Shown: positions 20,946 through 32,580, counted from the first letter of the stretch. The stretch: DNA of 64,000 bases from an uncultured Erysipelotrichaceae bacterium (GCA_902769185.1 CACXNV010000002.1:347-64346); one strand, 5' to 3'. A program made the numbers and translations. Notes: generated by a model not told the origin, from the sequence alone.

Positions 20946-21938
20946 ATGGACGAAAAAAACAAACTAAACGAAAAGGAACTCGATGAAGTTCTAAAACAAA
21001 TTCAAAAACAATTTGGTAAAGGCGCCGTGATGAAACTTGGCGATCGACCAAATGTTGAGGTTTCCGTTATACCAAGTGGTTCGCTTTTATTAGATGAAGC
21101 CCTTGGAGTAGGTGGATATCCAAAAGGAAGGATCATTGAAATATATGGTCCAGAAAGTAGTGGTAAAACCACTTTGGCATTACATGCGATTGCCGAATGT
21201 CAAAAACAAGGGGGAAGAGCTGCTTTTATTGATGCTGAACACGCTATTGACCCTGAATACTCTAAAAATTTAGGTGTTAACATTGATGAATTAATTTTAT
21301 CTCAACCTGATAGTGGTGAGCAGGCTCTTGAAATTGCTGAGATGCTTGCTAGTAGTGGGGCTATCGATTTATTAATTGTTGATAGTGTTGCTGCTTTAGT
21401 CCCTCAAGCAGAACTTGATGGAGAAATGGGCGATAACTCAGTTGGTATGCAAGCTAGACTTATGTCTAAAGCGATGCGTAAACTAGCCGGTTTATTAAAT
21501 AAAAATAACTGCACTATCATTTTCATCAATCAATTAAGAGAAAAAGTTGGAGTGATGTACGGTAATCCTGAAACCACTTCTGGAGGTAGAGCCTTAAAAT
21601 TCTACGCTTCTATTAGATTAGATATTAGAAGAACTGAGGCTATTAAAACAGGAAGTGATGTCACTGGGAACACTTGTAGAATTAAAGTTGTGAAGAATAA
21701 AGTTGCTCCTCCATTTAAACAATGTGAAATTGATATTATCTATGGAAAAGGTATTTCTAAAGATAGTGAAATATTAGACCGTGCTGTTGAACTTGGTATT
21801 GTTAAAAAAAGTGGTGCCTGGTTTGAATATAATGGCAGCAAAATAGGTCAAGGCCGAGAGACCGCTAAAGAATACATCCATAGTAACGAAGACGTAAAAG
21901 AAGAAATCTTAAAAGCGATTAAAGAAGCTAGACAATAA
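20946..21938 (+). CDS. recA: Recombinase RecA
   Basis: [13 protein letters not shown] Walker A and [10 protein letters not shown] placed the start at the ATG at 20946, 9 nt after AGGAGG (20931-20936). Confidence 0.97.
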   Translation: MDEKNKLNEKELDEVLKQIQKQFGKGAVMKLGDRPNVEVSVIPSGSLLLDEALGVGGYPKGRIIEIYGPESSGKTTLALHAIAECQKQGGRAAFIDAEHAIDPEYSKNLGVNIDELILSQPDSGEQALEIAEMLASSGAIDLLIVDSVAALVPQAELDGEMGDNSVGMQARLMSKAMRKLAGLLNKNNCTIIFINQLREKVGVMYGNPETTSGGRALKFYASIRLDIRRTEAIKTGSDVTGNTCRIKVVKNKVAPPFKQCEIDIIYGKGISKDSEILDRAVELGIVKKSGAWFEYNGSKIGQGRETAKEYIHSNEDVKEEILKAIKEARQ

Positions 21939-21951
21939 TTAGGAATAAAAC

Positions 21952-23550
21952 GTGAAAAAACTTAGAAGACTATTTACCTCGGGATATATATTTACAATTC
22001 TCTTCTTGTTAGTCGAAGTTTTAATTGTTATATTCTTTGAAATTGGCGCTGATACATATATCTTTGCGCCAATTATTCAACAAAACCCATCTGCAGCAAA
22101 AATCTTAACGACTGTTAACCAAGTATTCGTTATTGCTAGAGTTGTTGCATTTGTTTTGGCGGTTATTATCTTCTTTAGAGTTATTAATAAATATGAAGAT
22201 CCTGAATTCAAAGTCCCATGGTTAGTCTTTCTATTTGTCTTTCCTTTAGCCACAGTAACATTCTTTTTAATTTTTAAAAATCACGGGCTTCCAAGAAAAG
22301 AAACTAAATATATAAGGGGTTATTTAAAAGAACTTGAACCGTACTATGAAAGAAATAGAATTGCTTTTTCTAAATACGAAGAAGAATTAGGTAGAGCACG
22401 TGGAGCGTTCCAATATGTTTTAAATACCGCAAGAGTTGGCGCTTTTAAAAATAATAGAGTTACTTATTATCCTGTTGGAGATAAATTCTTCCCGGATTTA
22501 ATAGAAGGATTAAAACAAGCTGAAAAGTTCATTTTTATTGAATTCTTCATTATTACGGACGGCAAATTATGGGGTGAAGTAAAAGATATTCTTATTAAAA
22601 AAGCCCAAGAGGGTGTTGATGTTAGAATCGTCTATGATGATTTAGGCAGTAATGGCACCATTTCTTTTAGCACTCCAAGGAGATTAGCGAAATACGGCAT
22701 TAAGTGTTATAAATTCCACCCATTAAAGCCAATCTTATCTGGTGTATATAACAATAGAGACCACCGTAAGATTGTGGTTATTGATCATAAGATGGCGTTT
22801 ACAGGTGGTAATAACCTCGCTGACGAATACGCTAATATCATAAAAAGATTTGGTTATTGGAAAGATACAATGGTGAAAATTGAAGGAACCGCGATATCTA
22901 ATTTAATTACCACATTTATTGAAAACTTTGATATTGCCGCTAAAGAGATTACTCATCTATCTCCATTTTTAGATTTTGATTATCCATCTTTTGAAGAAGA
23001 AGGATTTGTTATGCCTTTTGGAGACGGACCTGGATTTTATACCAATGAACACATGATTGGTGAACAAAACTATATAAATATCTTAAATTACGCTACTAAA
23101 AAGGTTTATATCTCTACTCCTTATTTAATTCCAACATTTGGATTAATGGAAGCGATGAGAAATGCTGCTTTAAGAGGAGTGGATGTTCATTTAATTGTTC
23201 CAGGAATCCCTGATAAAAAATTAGTTTATAAGGTTGCTAAATCTAACTTTAAGTCTTTATTAAAAGCTGGTGTTCATATTTATATCTACACCCCTGGATT
23301 TAACCACATGAAGACCGCCTTAGTGGATGATGAGCTCGGCTTTGTTGGTACAATTAATTTTGACTTTAGAAGTTTAGTTCATCACTTTGAATGCGGCACT
23401 CTTTTATATAAGAATCCATGTATTAAAGAAATCAGCCAAGATTTCCAGTCTATGATAAATGATAGTCAACTTGTTCCTGTCGACTTTAAATTAGGCTTAT
23501 TCTCTAGATCTATCTGTGGCCTAATCAAGATTGTGACTCCGTTACTATAA
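21952..23550 (+). CDS. cls: Cardiolipin synthase
   Basis: Two HKD motifs (HRKIVVIDHKMAFTGGNNLAD and HMKTALVDDELGFVGTINFD). N-terminal TM helices. Confidence 0.9.
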   Translation: MKKLRRLFTSGYIFTILFLLVEVLIVIFFEIGADTYIFAPIIQQNPSAAKILTTVNQVFVIARVVAFVLAVIIFFRVINKYEDPEFKVPWLVFLFVFPLATVTFFLIFKNHGLPRKETKYIRGYLKELEPYYERNRIAFSKYEEELGRARGAFQYVLNTARVGAFKNNRVTYYPVGDKFFPDLIEGLKQAEKFIFIEFFIITDGKLWGEVKDILIKKAQEGVDVRIVYDDLGSNGTISFSTPRRLAKYGIKCYKFHPLKPILSGVYNNRDHRKIVVIDHKMAFTGGNNLADEYANIIKRFGYWKDTMVKIEGTAISNLITTFIENFDIAAKEITHLSPFLDFDYPSFEEEGFVMPFGDGPGFYTNEHMIGEQNYINILNYATKKVYISTPYLIPTFGLMEAMRNAALRGVDVHLIVPGIPDKKLVYKVAKSNFKSLLKAGVHIYIYTPGFNHMKTALVDDELGFVGTINFDFRSLVHHFECGTLLYKNPCIKEISQDFQSMINDSQLVPVDFKLGLFSRSICGLIKIVTPLL

Positions 23551-23762
23551 TTTTTTATAAATTATTCTTTTATATATAGTCTTATTTCCTTTATAATAAA
23601 CACGTACCCTCGGAAGGTACTTACCTATAGATTCTCAATAGAGAAAAGTTTTATCAGGCATTTGCCTGTTACATAATAAAGATCATACTTATAGCTAATT
23701 TTTAAGTTGATTTAGGTAAATAGTCTTTTGACTATATATTTATATTAGAAAGGGATTATCCT

Positions 23763-25334
23763 ATGCACATTTTAAGTGGATTCACTGAAATTGGTTTACC
23801 AATTATCTGTGTTTTTGCTGGTTTACTTGTGGGTGCTGCGATTGTTTTCTTTGTTCCGTTTTTTAAAGGGAAAAGAGATCAAAACAAAGCTGGTAAGATT
23901 GTTCGTGAAGCGGAAATTAAAGCTGAACATATTGTTAAGAACGCCCAATTAGATGGTAAACAAGTCGTTAATGAAATGAAAATTGAAGCGGACAAAGAAA
24001 TTAAAGAAAGAAAGTTGGAATTAACCGCTCAAGAAAAACAATTATTCCAACGAGAACAAAATATCGATAGAAGAGACGCTGCTCTTATTCAAAAAGAAAA
24101 CACTCTTGATGAAAAGAATGAAACTCTTAATCGTCGATTAAAAGATGTTGATAAGAAAGAAGCAGCTTTACAAGAAAAGATTGATTCAATCATTTCTGAA
24201 CTTGAAAAGGTTGCGCAAATGTCAACTCAAGAAGCGAAAGATGAACTCTTTAAAAGAGTAGAATCTAAAGTCTCTAGAGAAATTGCTGCTTACATTAAAA
24301 ACAAAGAAGAAGAAGCAAAAGATCAAGTGGTCGCTAAAGCTCAAGAAATTTTAGTGCAAGCAATGAGCAAATACGCTCAAGATACAACTATTGAAAAGAC
24401 TGTCTCTGTTGTTGCTCTTCCTAACGATGAAATGAAAGGAAGAATTATTGGTAGAGAAGGTAGAAATATTCGTACCTTAGAAACTTTGCTTGGTGTTGAT
24501 TTGATTATCGATGACACTCCTGAAGTTATTACTGTGTCTTGTTTTAACCCTGTTAGAAGAGAAATCGCCAGAATGTCTTTAGAGATGTTAATTAAAGACG
24601 GCAGAATTCAACCAGGTAGAATTGAAGAAATTGTTGAAAAATGTAAACAAGAAGTGGAAGAAAGCATCCATAAGACAGGTCAAGATGTGGCCTTCAAACT
24701 TGGCTTACCAAGAATTAATAAAGAATTATTAGATTATGTTGGTAGATTAAAATACCGTACATCTTATGGACAAAACGCTTTAGAACACTCTATTGAAGTT
24801 GCTTATTTAGCAGGCTCTATGGCCGCTGAACTTGGCTTAGATCAAAATTTAGCGAAACGCGCTGGCTTACTTCATGATATCGGTAAGGCTATTGACTATG
24901 AAACAGATGGTAGCCACGTTGAAGTTGGTTCTAGACTTGCTAAGAAATACGGTGAAGGTGATGTCGTTATTAACGCGATTGAATCTCACCACGGCGACGT
25001 GCCAGCTAAATACGTTATTTCTCACTTAGTCCAAGCCGCTGATACATTAAGTGCTGCTAGACCAGGTGCTAGAAGTGAAATGCTTGAAAACTATATTCAA
25101 AGAATTGATAAACTCGAAGAGATTTGTAAATCCTATGATGGAGTATATCAATCTTACGCGATGCAATCTGGTAGAGAATTAAGAGTTATGGTTATTCCTG
25201 ATAAGATTGACGATATTGGGGCCTTTAAACTCGCAAGAGAAATTAAAGAACGTATCGAAAACGAAATGACTTATCCAGGACAAATTAAAGTTTCCGTCAT
25301 TAGAGAATATCGTGCGATTGAAACTGCGAAGTAA
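23763..25334 (+). CDS. rny: Ribonuclease Y
   Basis: N-terminal TM helix, coiled coil, KH domain ([12 protein letters not shown]) and HD domain (LLHDIGKA). Confidence 0.95.
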   Translation: MHILSGFTEIGLPIICVFAGLLVGAAIVFFVPFFKGKRDQNKAGKIVREAEIKAEHIVKNAQLDGKQVVNEMKIEADKEIKERKLELTAQEKQLFQREQNIDRRDAALIQKENTLDEKNETLNRRLKDVDKKEAALQEKIDSIISELEKVAQMSTQEAKDELFKRVESKVSREIAAYIKNKEEEAKDQVVAKAQEILVQAMSKYAQDTTIEKTVSVVALPNDEMKGRIIGREGRNIRTLETLLGVDLIIDDTPEVITVSCFNPVRREIARMSLEMLIKDGRIQPGRIEEIVEKCKQEVEESIHKTGQDVAFKLGLPRINKELLDYVGRLKYRTSYGQNALEHSIEVAYLAGSMAAELGLDQNLAKRAGLLHDIGKAIDYETDGSHVEVGSRLAKKYGEGDVVINAIESHHGDVPAKYVISHLVQAADTLSAARPGARSEMLENYIQRIDKLEEICKSYDGVYQSYAMQSGRELRVMVIPDKIDDIGAFKLAREIKERIENEMTYPGQIKVSVIREYRAIETAK

Positions 25335-25356
25335 TTACTTCTAGAAAAGAGTTAAT

Positions 25357-26142
25357 TTGAAATTCTTATTTATTGGTGACATCGTCGGCAAAATTGGCCG
25401 ACGTGTCATTAAAGACCACTTACAAACCTTTGTGGATAAATATCACATTGATTTCGTTATCGCTAATGGAGAAAATGTGACGCATGGTAAAGGCTTATTA
25501 AGACATCATTATTTGGAACTTGTAGATGATGGAATCGATGCGATTACCTTAGGCAATCATTACGATAGTAAAAACGATTTACGTAAATATATTGATTCTA
25601 CAGACCGATTAATTAGACCATTAAATTTGCTTCATCCTTATCCAGGAGAAGGCAGTATTGTTTATGAACTTAATGGAGTCACTATTAGGGTGACTAATGT
25701 TCTTGGTTCAGTATTTATGAACGAAGAAGTTAATAATCCTTATTATTCTTTAATTGAATTAATTAATAACGAAGAAAAAGCTGATATCCATATCGTTGAT
25801 TTCCACGCAGAAGCAACAGGAGAAAAACTCTGTTTAGCCTATGCCTTAGACGGCAAAGTTTCTGCAGTACTTGGAACTCATACGCACGTTCAAACTAAGG
25901 ACTATAAGATTTTAGAAGGTGGAACAGCCTACATCTCTGATGTTGGTATGACTGGCTTTGCTGATGGTGCTCTTGGATTTTCAAAAGAAACAGTGGTTAA
26001 TAAAATTGTTTATGGAGAACAATCTCGATTTGATCTTCCTAGCGAAGGTAGAGGTTTATTATCAGCGGTTGTCCTAGACATCGATGAATTTAGCGGTAAG
26101 TGTAAAGAAATATTCCCAATTTACTATTTAGAAGATAAATAA
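25357..26142 (+). CDS. ymdB: YmdB-family metallophosphoesterase (2',3'-cyclic-nucleotide phosphodiesterase)
   Basis: MKFLFIGDIVG..., ANGENVTHGKG, GNH, DFHAEATGEK, GTHTHV motifs. Follows rny, as in Bacillus. Confidence 0.87.
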   Translation: MKFLFIGDIVGKIGRRVIKDHLQTFVDKYHIDFVIANGENVTHGKGLLRHHYLELVDDGIDAITLGNHYDSKNDLRKYIDSTDRLIRPLNLLHPYPGEGSIVYELNGVTIRVTNVLGSVFMNEEVNNPYYSLIELINNEEKADIHIVDFHAEATGEKLCLAYALDGKVSAVLGTHTHVQTKDYKILEGGTAYISDVGMTGFADGALGFSKETVVNKIVYGEQSRFDLPSEGRGLLSAVVLDIDEFSGKCKEIFPIYYLEDK

Positions 26143-26143
26143 A

Positions 26144-27583
26144 ATGAAAACAAAAATTATTAGTTATCCAAATTTAATAGAAGCAAAGTCTAGAGTGAAA
26201 ACTGAGACTGAATTTTCAGCGTATTCTCCAATTCATTTAAATGAAATGAAAGAAATTGGAAAAGGAAAGAAATACTATATTCACACTTTTGGCTGCCAAG
26301 CAAATATCAGAGATGAAGAAACAATGAAAGGGATGTTAGAATCTTCTAACTACGTAGGGACTAATAAACCCGAAGACGCTGATGTCATCATCATTAATAC
26401 TTGTGCAGTCAGAGAAAATGCAGAAGATAAAGTTTATGGGGATATTGGAAATATAAAGAAATATCGTAAGATTAATAAAAAACTAGTTTTAGGGATTTGT
26501 GGATGTATGGTGGAACAGCCAGAAATCTTAGATATTTTAATGAAAAAATTCCCTGAAGTTAATTTGTATTTTGGCACTCATGAAATCGACCAATTACTTG
26601 ATTTAATTTACGAAACTTATAATAACGATATTAGGTTAATTGCGATTAAATCAAAACAAGGCGAAGTAATCGAAAACAAAAGCGTTAAAAGAAACAATGA
26701 ATTTAAAGCATATGTAAACATTATTTATGGATGTAATAAATTCTGTACATATTGCATCGTTCCTTATACTAGAGGCAAAGAAAGAAGTCGTCATTTTAAC
26801 GACATCATGGATGAAGTTAGAGAACTTAAAAAAGAAGGCTATCAAGAGATTACTTTTTTGGGTCAAAACGTGAATGCATATGGTAAGGATCTTAATGAAG
26901 GTCATGACTTTGCAGACGTCCTTGAAGAAGCCGCTAAAATGGGTATTCCTAGAATTAGATTTACAACCTCTCATCCTTGGGATTTCTCCAGCAAAATGAT
27001 AGAAATTATTGCAAAATACGACAATATCATGAAGTGTATTCACCTCCCAGTTCAGTCTGGTAGTAGTGAAGTTTTACGCCTTATGGGAAGAAGATATACT
27101 AGAGAGCATTATCTTAATTTAGTTAAAGAGATGAGAAGTAAAATCCCGGGTCTTTCATTATCCACTGATATCATTGTTGGTTTCCCTAACGAAACCGAAG
27201 AGCAATTTAATGAGACTTTAACCTTAGTTGATGAGGTCAAATATGAATCTGCATTTACCTTTATCTATTCTCCTAGAAGAGGGACTCCTGCTGCTAAAAT
27301 TAAAGACAATATAAGCTATGCAGATAAGAGTAGAAGATTTAAAGAACTTGTTAAGCATTTAGAGGTTAATATTGAAGCTGATTCTAAGCGCTACATTGGT
27401 GGAGTTTATAAAGTCTTAGTAGATGGCACAAGCAAAACTGATAAAGATATGCTTTCTGGCTATACAGAATCTAATAAATTAGTCCACTTTAAAGGTGATG
27501 AATCTTTGGTGGGAAAAATTGTTCTTATAAAGATTATTGAAAGTCATACATATTCATTAATTGGAGAATTAGTTAATGAATGA
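26144..27583 (+). CDS. miaB: tRNA-i6A37 methylthiotransferase MiaB
   Basis: Radical-SAM CNKFCTYCIVP cluster, N-terminal UPF0004 Cys residues (FGCQAN, NTCAVRE) and a TRAM C-terminus. Confidence 0.93.
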   Translation: MKTKIISYPNLIEAKSRVKTETEFSAYSPIHLNEMKEIGKGKKYYIHTFGCQANIRDEETMKGMLESSNYVGTNKPEDADVIIINTCAVRENAEDKVYGDIGNIKKYRKINKKLVLGICGCMVEQPEILDILMKKFPEVNLYFGTHEIDQLLDLIYETYNNDIRLIAIKSKQGEVIENKSVKRNNEFKAYVNIIYGCNKFCTYCIVPYTRGKERSRHFNDIMDEVRELKKEGYQEITFLGQNVNAYGKDLNEGHDFADVLEEAAKMGIPRIRFTTSHPWDFSSKMIEIIAKYDNIMKCIHLPVQSGSSEVLRLMGRRYTREHYLNLVKEMRSKIPGLSLSTDIIVGFPNETEEQFNETLTLVDEVKYESAFTFIYSPRRGTPAAKIKDNISYADKSRRFKELVKHLEVNIEADSKRYIGGVYKVLVDGTSKTDKDMLSGYTESNKLVHFKGDESLVGKIVLIKIIESHTYSLIGELVNE

Positions 27584-27857
27584 GTCAATTAAACTTGCTA
27601 AAGAATTAAAAGAGGAAATATTAAAAGAGCCTCTAATAGTGGAATATCTTAGAGTTAAAGAATTAGTGGAATCTAATGAAGAAATTAATTCGCTAAAGAA
27701 ACAAATTGCATTAGCAAAAGCTCATAAAGATAATGATTTACATAAATCGCTATTAGATAGATATAACAATCATCCACTTGTTGTTAATTACAATGTTTTA
27801 AAAGAAGAAGTAAATGAATACTTATTAGAAATTAGTAAGATTGTTAATAAGAAGTGA
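27576..27857 (+). CDS. YlbF/YmcA-family small helical protein
   Basis: 93-aa helical protein directly after miaB, matching the Bacillus ymcB-ymcA order. Sequence resemblance judged by eye only. Confidence 0.55.
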   Translation: MNESIKLAKELKEEILKEPLIVEYLRVKELVESNEEINSLKKQIALAKAHKDNDLHKSLLDRYNNHPLVVNYNVLKEEVNEYLLEISKIVNKK

Positions 27858-27877
27858 TGAATTTCACTTCTTTTTTA
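27849..27877 (+). terminator. Rho-independent terminator/attenuator between the ymcA-like gene and miaA
   Basis: Perfect 9-bp stem aagaagtga / tcacttctt (27849-27857 / 27864-27872), 6-nt loop, then a T run. Confidence 0.6.
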
Positions 27878-27883
27878 TTTATA

Positions 27884-28765
27884 ATGGATTTCATGATTTA
27901 CGTAGTGATGGGTCCAACTTGTTCAGGAAAGACTGAACTCGCTAATTATCTTATAGATAAGCTTAATTGTGAGGCGATTAATTTTGACGCATTTCAAATT
28001 TATAAAGACATGAATATTGGAACCGCTAAATTATCTAAAGATGATCCTCACTATAAAAAATATCATTTACTAGATATCAAAACTCCAAACGAAACTTTCT
28101 CTGTGATGGAATATCAATCACTTTGTAGAGAAGTTTTATCTAAATTATTAGATAAGTATAACGATGTTGTTTTAGTAGGTGGCACTGGTTTATATGTTAG
28201 AGCAGCATTATTTGATTATAGTTTTGAAAAAGAAGAAATTCCTGTTGATGATGATTTACTAGATTTAAGTAATGAAGATTTACATAAGCTATTAGAAAGT
28301 CTTGATATTGAAGAAAGTAAAAAGATTCACGTTAATAATCGTAAACGTTTATTAAGAGCAATTTCTTTAATTAGACATTCGAATAAAAAGAAAACAGATA
28401 TTCTAAATGAACAAACTCATAAACCTATCTATAAAGATGTAAAATTCATATTCTTATGTCCTGATAGAGAAGAGCTATATAAAAACATTGATAAAAGAGT
28501 GTTATCAATGATGGAAAATGGATTAGTAGATGAAGTAAAATATTTGCTAGATAATTACGATTTATCTCTTACCGCCAAGCAAGGAATTGGCTATAAAGAA
28601 GTCATTGATTATCTAGAAAATAAGTCAAAATACGCGTGCTGCGTCGAGTTAATTCAAAAAAGGACTCGAAATTACGCTAAACGACAAGTGACGTTTTTTA
28701 AGAATCAATTCGATTCAGAAACTTATAAAAATATTGAAGAAGCTAAAAAAGGACTGGGGGTCTAA
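27884..28765 (+). CDS. miaA: tRNA dimethylallyltransferase
   Basis: GPTCSGKTE P-loop near the N-terminus, and GGTGLY. The track start (27854) lies inside the upstream terminator hairpin. ATG at 27884 or 27893 is more plausible. Confidence 0.88.
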   Translation: MDFMIYVVMGPTCSGKTELANYLIDKLNCEAINFDAFQIYKDMNIGTAKLSKDDPHYKKYHLLDIKTPNETFSVMEYQSLCREVLSKLLDKYNDVVLVGGTGLYVRAALFDYSFEKEEIPVDDDLLDLSNEDLHKLLESLDIEESKKIHVNNRKRLLRAISLIRHSNKKKTDILNEQTHKPIYKDVKFIFLCPDREELYKNIDKRVLSMMENGLVDEVKYLLDNYDLSLTAKQGIGYKEVIDYLENKSKYACCVELIQKRTRNYAKRQVTFFKNQFDSETYKNIEEAKKGLGV

Positions 28766-28767
28766 TT

Positions 28768-30372
28768 ATGAGAAATATTTATGATGTTGCTTCGGAAGCC
28801 GGAATTAAAAAAGAGTATGTAATCCCTTATGGCTTAGACAAAGCAAAAATTGATTTAAGAATTAATGAGGAGCTTAAAGACAAATCTAATGGCAAGTTAG
28901 TTTTGGTAACCGCAATTACTCCTACTAAAGCAGGAGAAGGCAAAACTACAACTTCAATTGCCTTAACTGACGGCTTACACAAGATTGGTGTTAATTCATT
29001 ACTATGTTTAAGAGAACCATCCTTAGGCCCTGTATTTGGTTTAAAAGGTGGGGCAACTGGTGGAGGACTTGCAAGTGTTGTTCCTTCTGAAGATATTAAT
29101 CTTCATTTTACTGGAGACATGCACGCATTAACTAGTTCAATTAATTTAATCTCCGCAGTGATTGATAACCATATATTCCAAGGGAACGAATTAAGAATTG
29201 ACCCTTCTAGAATTTTATGGAAAAGAGCGCTTGATATGAATGACCGTGCTTTAAGAAGCGTGACTGTTAATCAAGATGAGAAGAAAAGCGCTCCCAGACA
29301 TGATGAATTTGTTATTACTGTAGCTAGCGAAATGATGGCGATTCTTTGTTTGTCTAGAGATGAAAAAGATTTTATTAATCGTATCAAACAAATTGTTGTT
29401 GCCTATAACTTTGATGGAGAGCCTGTTAAATTAGAGCAGTTACGTATTTCAAATGCGATTTATAAATTAATGAAAAATGCCTTTAATCCTAATTTAGTTC
29501 AAACTTTAGAGGGCAATCCATGTTTAATCCATGGCGGACCATTTGCGAATATTGCTCATGGATGCAATTCAATTATCGCTACGAAGATGGCGTTAAAGCT
29601 TGCTCCAATTGTTGTTACTGAAGCTGGCTTCGGTGCTGACCTTGGTGCAGAGAAATTCTTAGATATTAAATGCCGTGTTGCTAATATTAAACCTGACGCA
29701 GTGGTAATGGTCGCTACGATTAGAGCGCTTAAACTCCATGGAGGAGTGAAGTTTGAAGAGTTAGATAACGAAAATATCGAAGCTTTAAGAATTGGCTTTG
29801 CTAACTTAAAACGACATATGGAAAATATTGCTAAATATGATGTTCCTACCGTGATTTGTGTTAATCATTTCTCTAGTGATACTCAAAAAGAGACAGAAGA
29901 ATTAATCAAATTCTGTTCTGATAATCACTATGAAGTTGCTTTCTGCGATGCTTTCTCTAGAGGCGGAATGGGCGCTGTTGATTTAGCAAATAAAGTATTA
30001 GAAACTTTAGCGACTAAAGAAAGCTACTATCATCCTTTATATGAATTAAATAGTTCACTCCAAGATAAAATTAACCAAGTATGTAAAGAAATCTATAGAG
30101 CAAAAGATGTTATTTATTCTGAAGAAGCTCTTAAACAAATTGCAGAATTTGAATCTCAAGGATATAGAAATCTTCCAGTGTGTATTGCTAAAACGCCGTT
30201 GTCCTTTACTGATAACGCCAAAGTATTAAATGCTCCTGATGATTTTGATATCACCATTAGAGAAGTGCGTTTATCTGCTGGAGCAGGATTTGTTGTTGCC
30301 TTAACAGGATCAATTATGACAATGCCTGGCTTGCCAAAAGTTCCTGCTGCCGTAAAAATGGAAGACGAATAA
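28768..30372 (+). CDS. fhs: Formate--tetrahydrofolate ligase
   Basis: TPTKAGEGKTTTS, EPSLGPVFGLKGGATGGG and GFGADLGAEKF blocks. 534 aa. Confidence 0.95.
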   Translation: MRNIYDVASEAGIKKEYVIPYGLDKAKIDLRINEELKDKSNGKLVLVTAITPTKAGEGKTTTSIALTDGLHKIGVNSLLCLREPSLGPVFGLKGGATGGGLASVVPSEDINLHFTGDMHALTSSINLISAVIDNHIFQGNELRIDPSRILWKRALDMNDRALRSVTVNQDEKKSAPRHDEFVITVASEMMAILCLSRDEKDFINRIKQIVVAYNFDGEPVKLEQLRISNAIYKLMKNAFNPNLVQTLEGNPCLIHGGPFANIAHGCNSIIATKMALKLAPIVVTEAGFGADLGAEKFLDIKCRVANIKPDAVVMVATIRALKLHGGVKFEELDNENIEALRIGFANLKRHMENIAKYDVPTVICVNHFSSDTQKETEELIKFCSDNHYEVAFCDAFSRGGMGAVDLANKVLETLATKESYYHPLYELNSSLQDKINQVCKEIYRAKDVIYSEEALKQIAEFESQGYRNLPVCIAKTPLSFTDNAKVLNAPDDFDITIREVRLSAGAGFVVALTGSIMTMPGLPKVPAAVKMEDE

Positions 30373-30383
30373 TTTAAAAATAG

Positions 30384-30408
30384 TGACCTGCAAAGCAGGT
30401 CATTTATT
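30384..30408 (+). terminator. Rho-independent terminator of fhs
   Basis: tgacctgc aaa gcaggtca, an 8-bp stem followed by tttatt. Confidence 0.75.
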
Positions 30409-30486
30409 ATATCGATTAACTTTTTAAAAATATTTTACAAATTTTTTGAATTTTTGCCCTCTTTATATAATAGGAGGGTTTTAATT

Positions 30487-32580
30487 TTGAAAGCTTTAAT
30501 TATTAAGAATTTATACAAATCTTTTCCTATAGATAAAGAACATTCTTTTTACGCCTTAAGTAATATTAATTTATCATTTGATGAATATGGTTTTGTCTCT
30601 ATTGTCGGGAAAAGCGGAAGTGGGAAAACCACTTTATTAAATATGATTTCAAAATTTGATAAACCATCTCGAGGCGAGATTTATTTATATAAAAAGAAAT
30701 ATATTTATAAAGCAAAAAAAGATTATTTATTTTATAGAGATCAAATCGGACTAGTGTCTCAACAATATAATTTAATTCCCGATACTACTGTAATGGATAA
30801 TGTTACATTGCCCTTATTATTTAGTGGGTGTAACAAGAATAAAGCAATATCAAAAGCCACATCTTTATTAGAATATGTTGGTATACCAATTGAATTATAT
30901 AATGCAAAAGTTAATAAATTATCGGGTGGAGAAGCTCAAAGAGTCGCTATTGCTAGAGCCTTAATAAGAAACCCTAAAATACTATTATGTGATGAACCTA
31001 CTGGAGCGTTAGATTCTGCCAATTCTATCAAGGTGATGAAGTTATTATCTTCTATTAGTAAATCTAGATTAGTAATAATGGTCTCACACAACCTACAAAT
31101 AGTAAAAGAATATTGTAATAGAATAATTGAAATAGCAGATGGAAGTATCATTAATGATTATTTAAACAAAAAAATTGAATCTGAATTATATAAAGAGCAT
31201 AAAATCTATAAAGGTAGAATCAATTGGACAAGTCGATTTAGTAAAAATAATTACAAAAAAAGAATCAAAAGAAATCTTTTTGTTGTGGCTTCTTTATCGA
31301 TCTCCATGATTATTACAAATTTAGTGTTTGGATTTATCAATGGCAAAGATGTTGCGATCAAAAATGCTTCCTATAATCAGCTAGATTTTGGATATGGATA
31401 TATTAGCAAAGATGAGTTAGTGACTGATACAGGATTCATAAAATTAACTAAATCAGTTAGACCTAATATAAACGAGCTAAGGTCAAATGAGAAAATTGCT
31501 AAAATATTTAATATTTGTCCAAATTTTTCGGCAATTTTGCCTCAAAATCCAAAAATTTTAATTGGAGATACCTCTTTTGATAAACTATTATATACTCCAA
31601 TTTATAGTTATGCAGACGACTCAATCGATAAGTCGCTTTTATTTAAAGGGAGTCTCCCGAAAAGCGATAATCTATCTGAAGTGGTAGTGAACCTAAATTG
31701 CTATAATCAAATTCAAACTTCTCTAGGGTATGAGCCTGTTGGAGAATATATAAATATCTATCATAAATTTGAATCTATTTATGTTAATGAATACGAAGAA
31801 GAAATCACTGACTATTTTGAATATTCAATTAGCTGTAAGATAGTGGGTGTTGTTAATGAATTAGAATATTTAAATACACCAAAAATTTATTATTCTTACC
31901 TAGGATTAGAATCTTATTTACAAGAATATGTGTTACTTAATCTATCAACCTACTATGATAATAAAATTACATGGTATGATAGGGTGATGGACGCTGAAGA
32001 TTATTCAATAATTTCTTCTTATTCGTATCAGCTATTTTTAAAGAATTATAGTGACCGCAACTTGCTATTTGATGATTCTATTTTTAGCGATTATTCATTT
32101 AATTCTTCTTCGCTAGTAATCGCAAATTCTTTAATTGGTTTTGCTAATGCTGCTGAATATGCATTATTCCTATTTTTAGCAATCGGAATAGTTGGAACTT
32201 TATTAATTTTAACCATTATCTCTTTTACTAATTATTCTGAAGATCGAAAAGTTAGCGCTATTTTATCGTCTATTGGTGCTAGAGATAGCGATATCGAAAA
32301 TATCTATGTTAATGAAAATCTTTATTCCGGTTTTATCTCACTAGTGCTATCGCTGACTCTTTCTTATCCATTATCTTTATTAATCAACAAAATTATTTAT
32401 AAATACATCAATGTAAGTCAAATTATTGATATTCCTTACAAGTCCTTTTTAAATATTCCTCTTTTATACCCTTTAGCTATAACAGTAGTGATTATTTTTC
32501 TAATTACTATTGCTACAGTCTTACCAATTAAATTTTCAAAAAGACGCAATTTGTCTTTGGAGTTAAAAGTTAATGATTGA
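30487..32580 (+). CDS. MacB-type fused ABC transporter (N-terminal ATPase plus 4-TM FtsX-like permease with a large extracytoplasmic domain)
   Basis: Walker A GKSGSGKTT, signature LSGGEAQRVAIARA, Walker B LLCDEPTGALD. One TM helix, then ~270 aa of non-membrane sequence, then 3 TM helices. I placed the start at the TTG at 30487, 9 nt after GGAGG (30473-30477). Confidence 0.85.
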   Translation: MKALIIKNLYKSFPIDKEHSFYALSNINLSFDEYGFVSIVGKSGSGKTTLLNMISKFDKPSRGEIYLYKKKYIYKAKKDYLFYRDQIGLVSQQYNLIPDTTVMDNVTLPLLFSGCNKNKAISKATSLLEYVGIPIELYNAKVNKLSGGEAQRVAIARALIRNPKILLCDEPTGALDSANSIKVMKLLSSISKSRLVIMVSHNLQIVKEYCNRIIEIADGSIINDYLNKKIESELYKEHKIYKGRINWTSRFSKNNYKKRIKRNLFVVASLSISMIITNLVFGFINGKDVAIKNASYNQLDFGYGYISKDELVTDTGFIKLTKSVRPNINELRSNEKIAKIFNICPNFSAILPQNPKILIGDTSFDKLLYTPIYSYADDSIDKSLLFKGSLPKSDNLSEVVVNLNCYNQIQTSLGYEPVGEYINIYHKFESIYVNEYEEEITDYFEYSISCKIVGVVNELEYLNTPKIYYSYLGLESYLQEYVLLNLSTYYDNKITWYDRVMDAEDYSIISSYSYQLFLKNYSDRNLLFDDSIFSDYSFNSSSLVIANSLIGFANAAEYALFLFLAIGIVGTLLILTIISFTNYSEDRKVSAILSSIGARDSDIENIYVNENLYSGFISLVLSLTLSYPLSLLINKIIYKYINVSQIIDIPYKSFLNIPLLYPLAITVVIIFLITIATVLPIKFSKRRNLSLELKVND

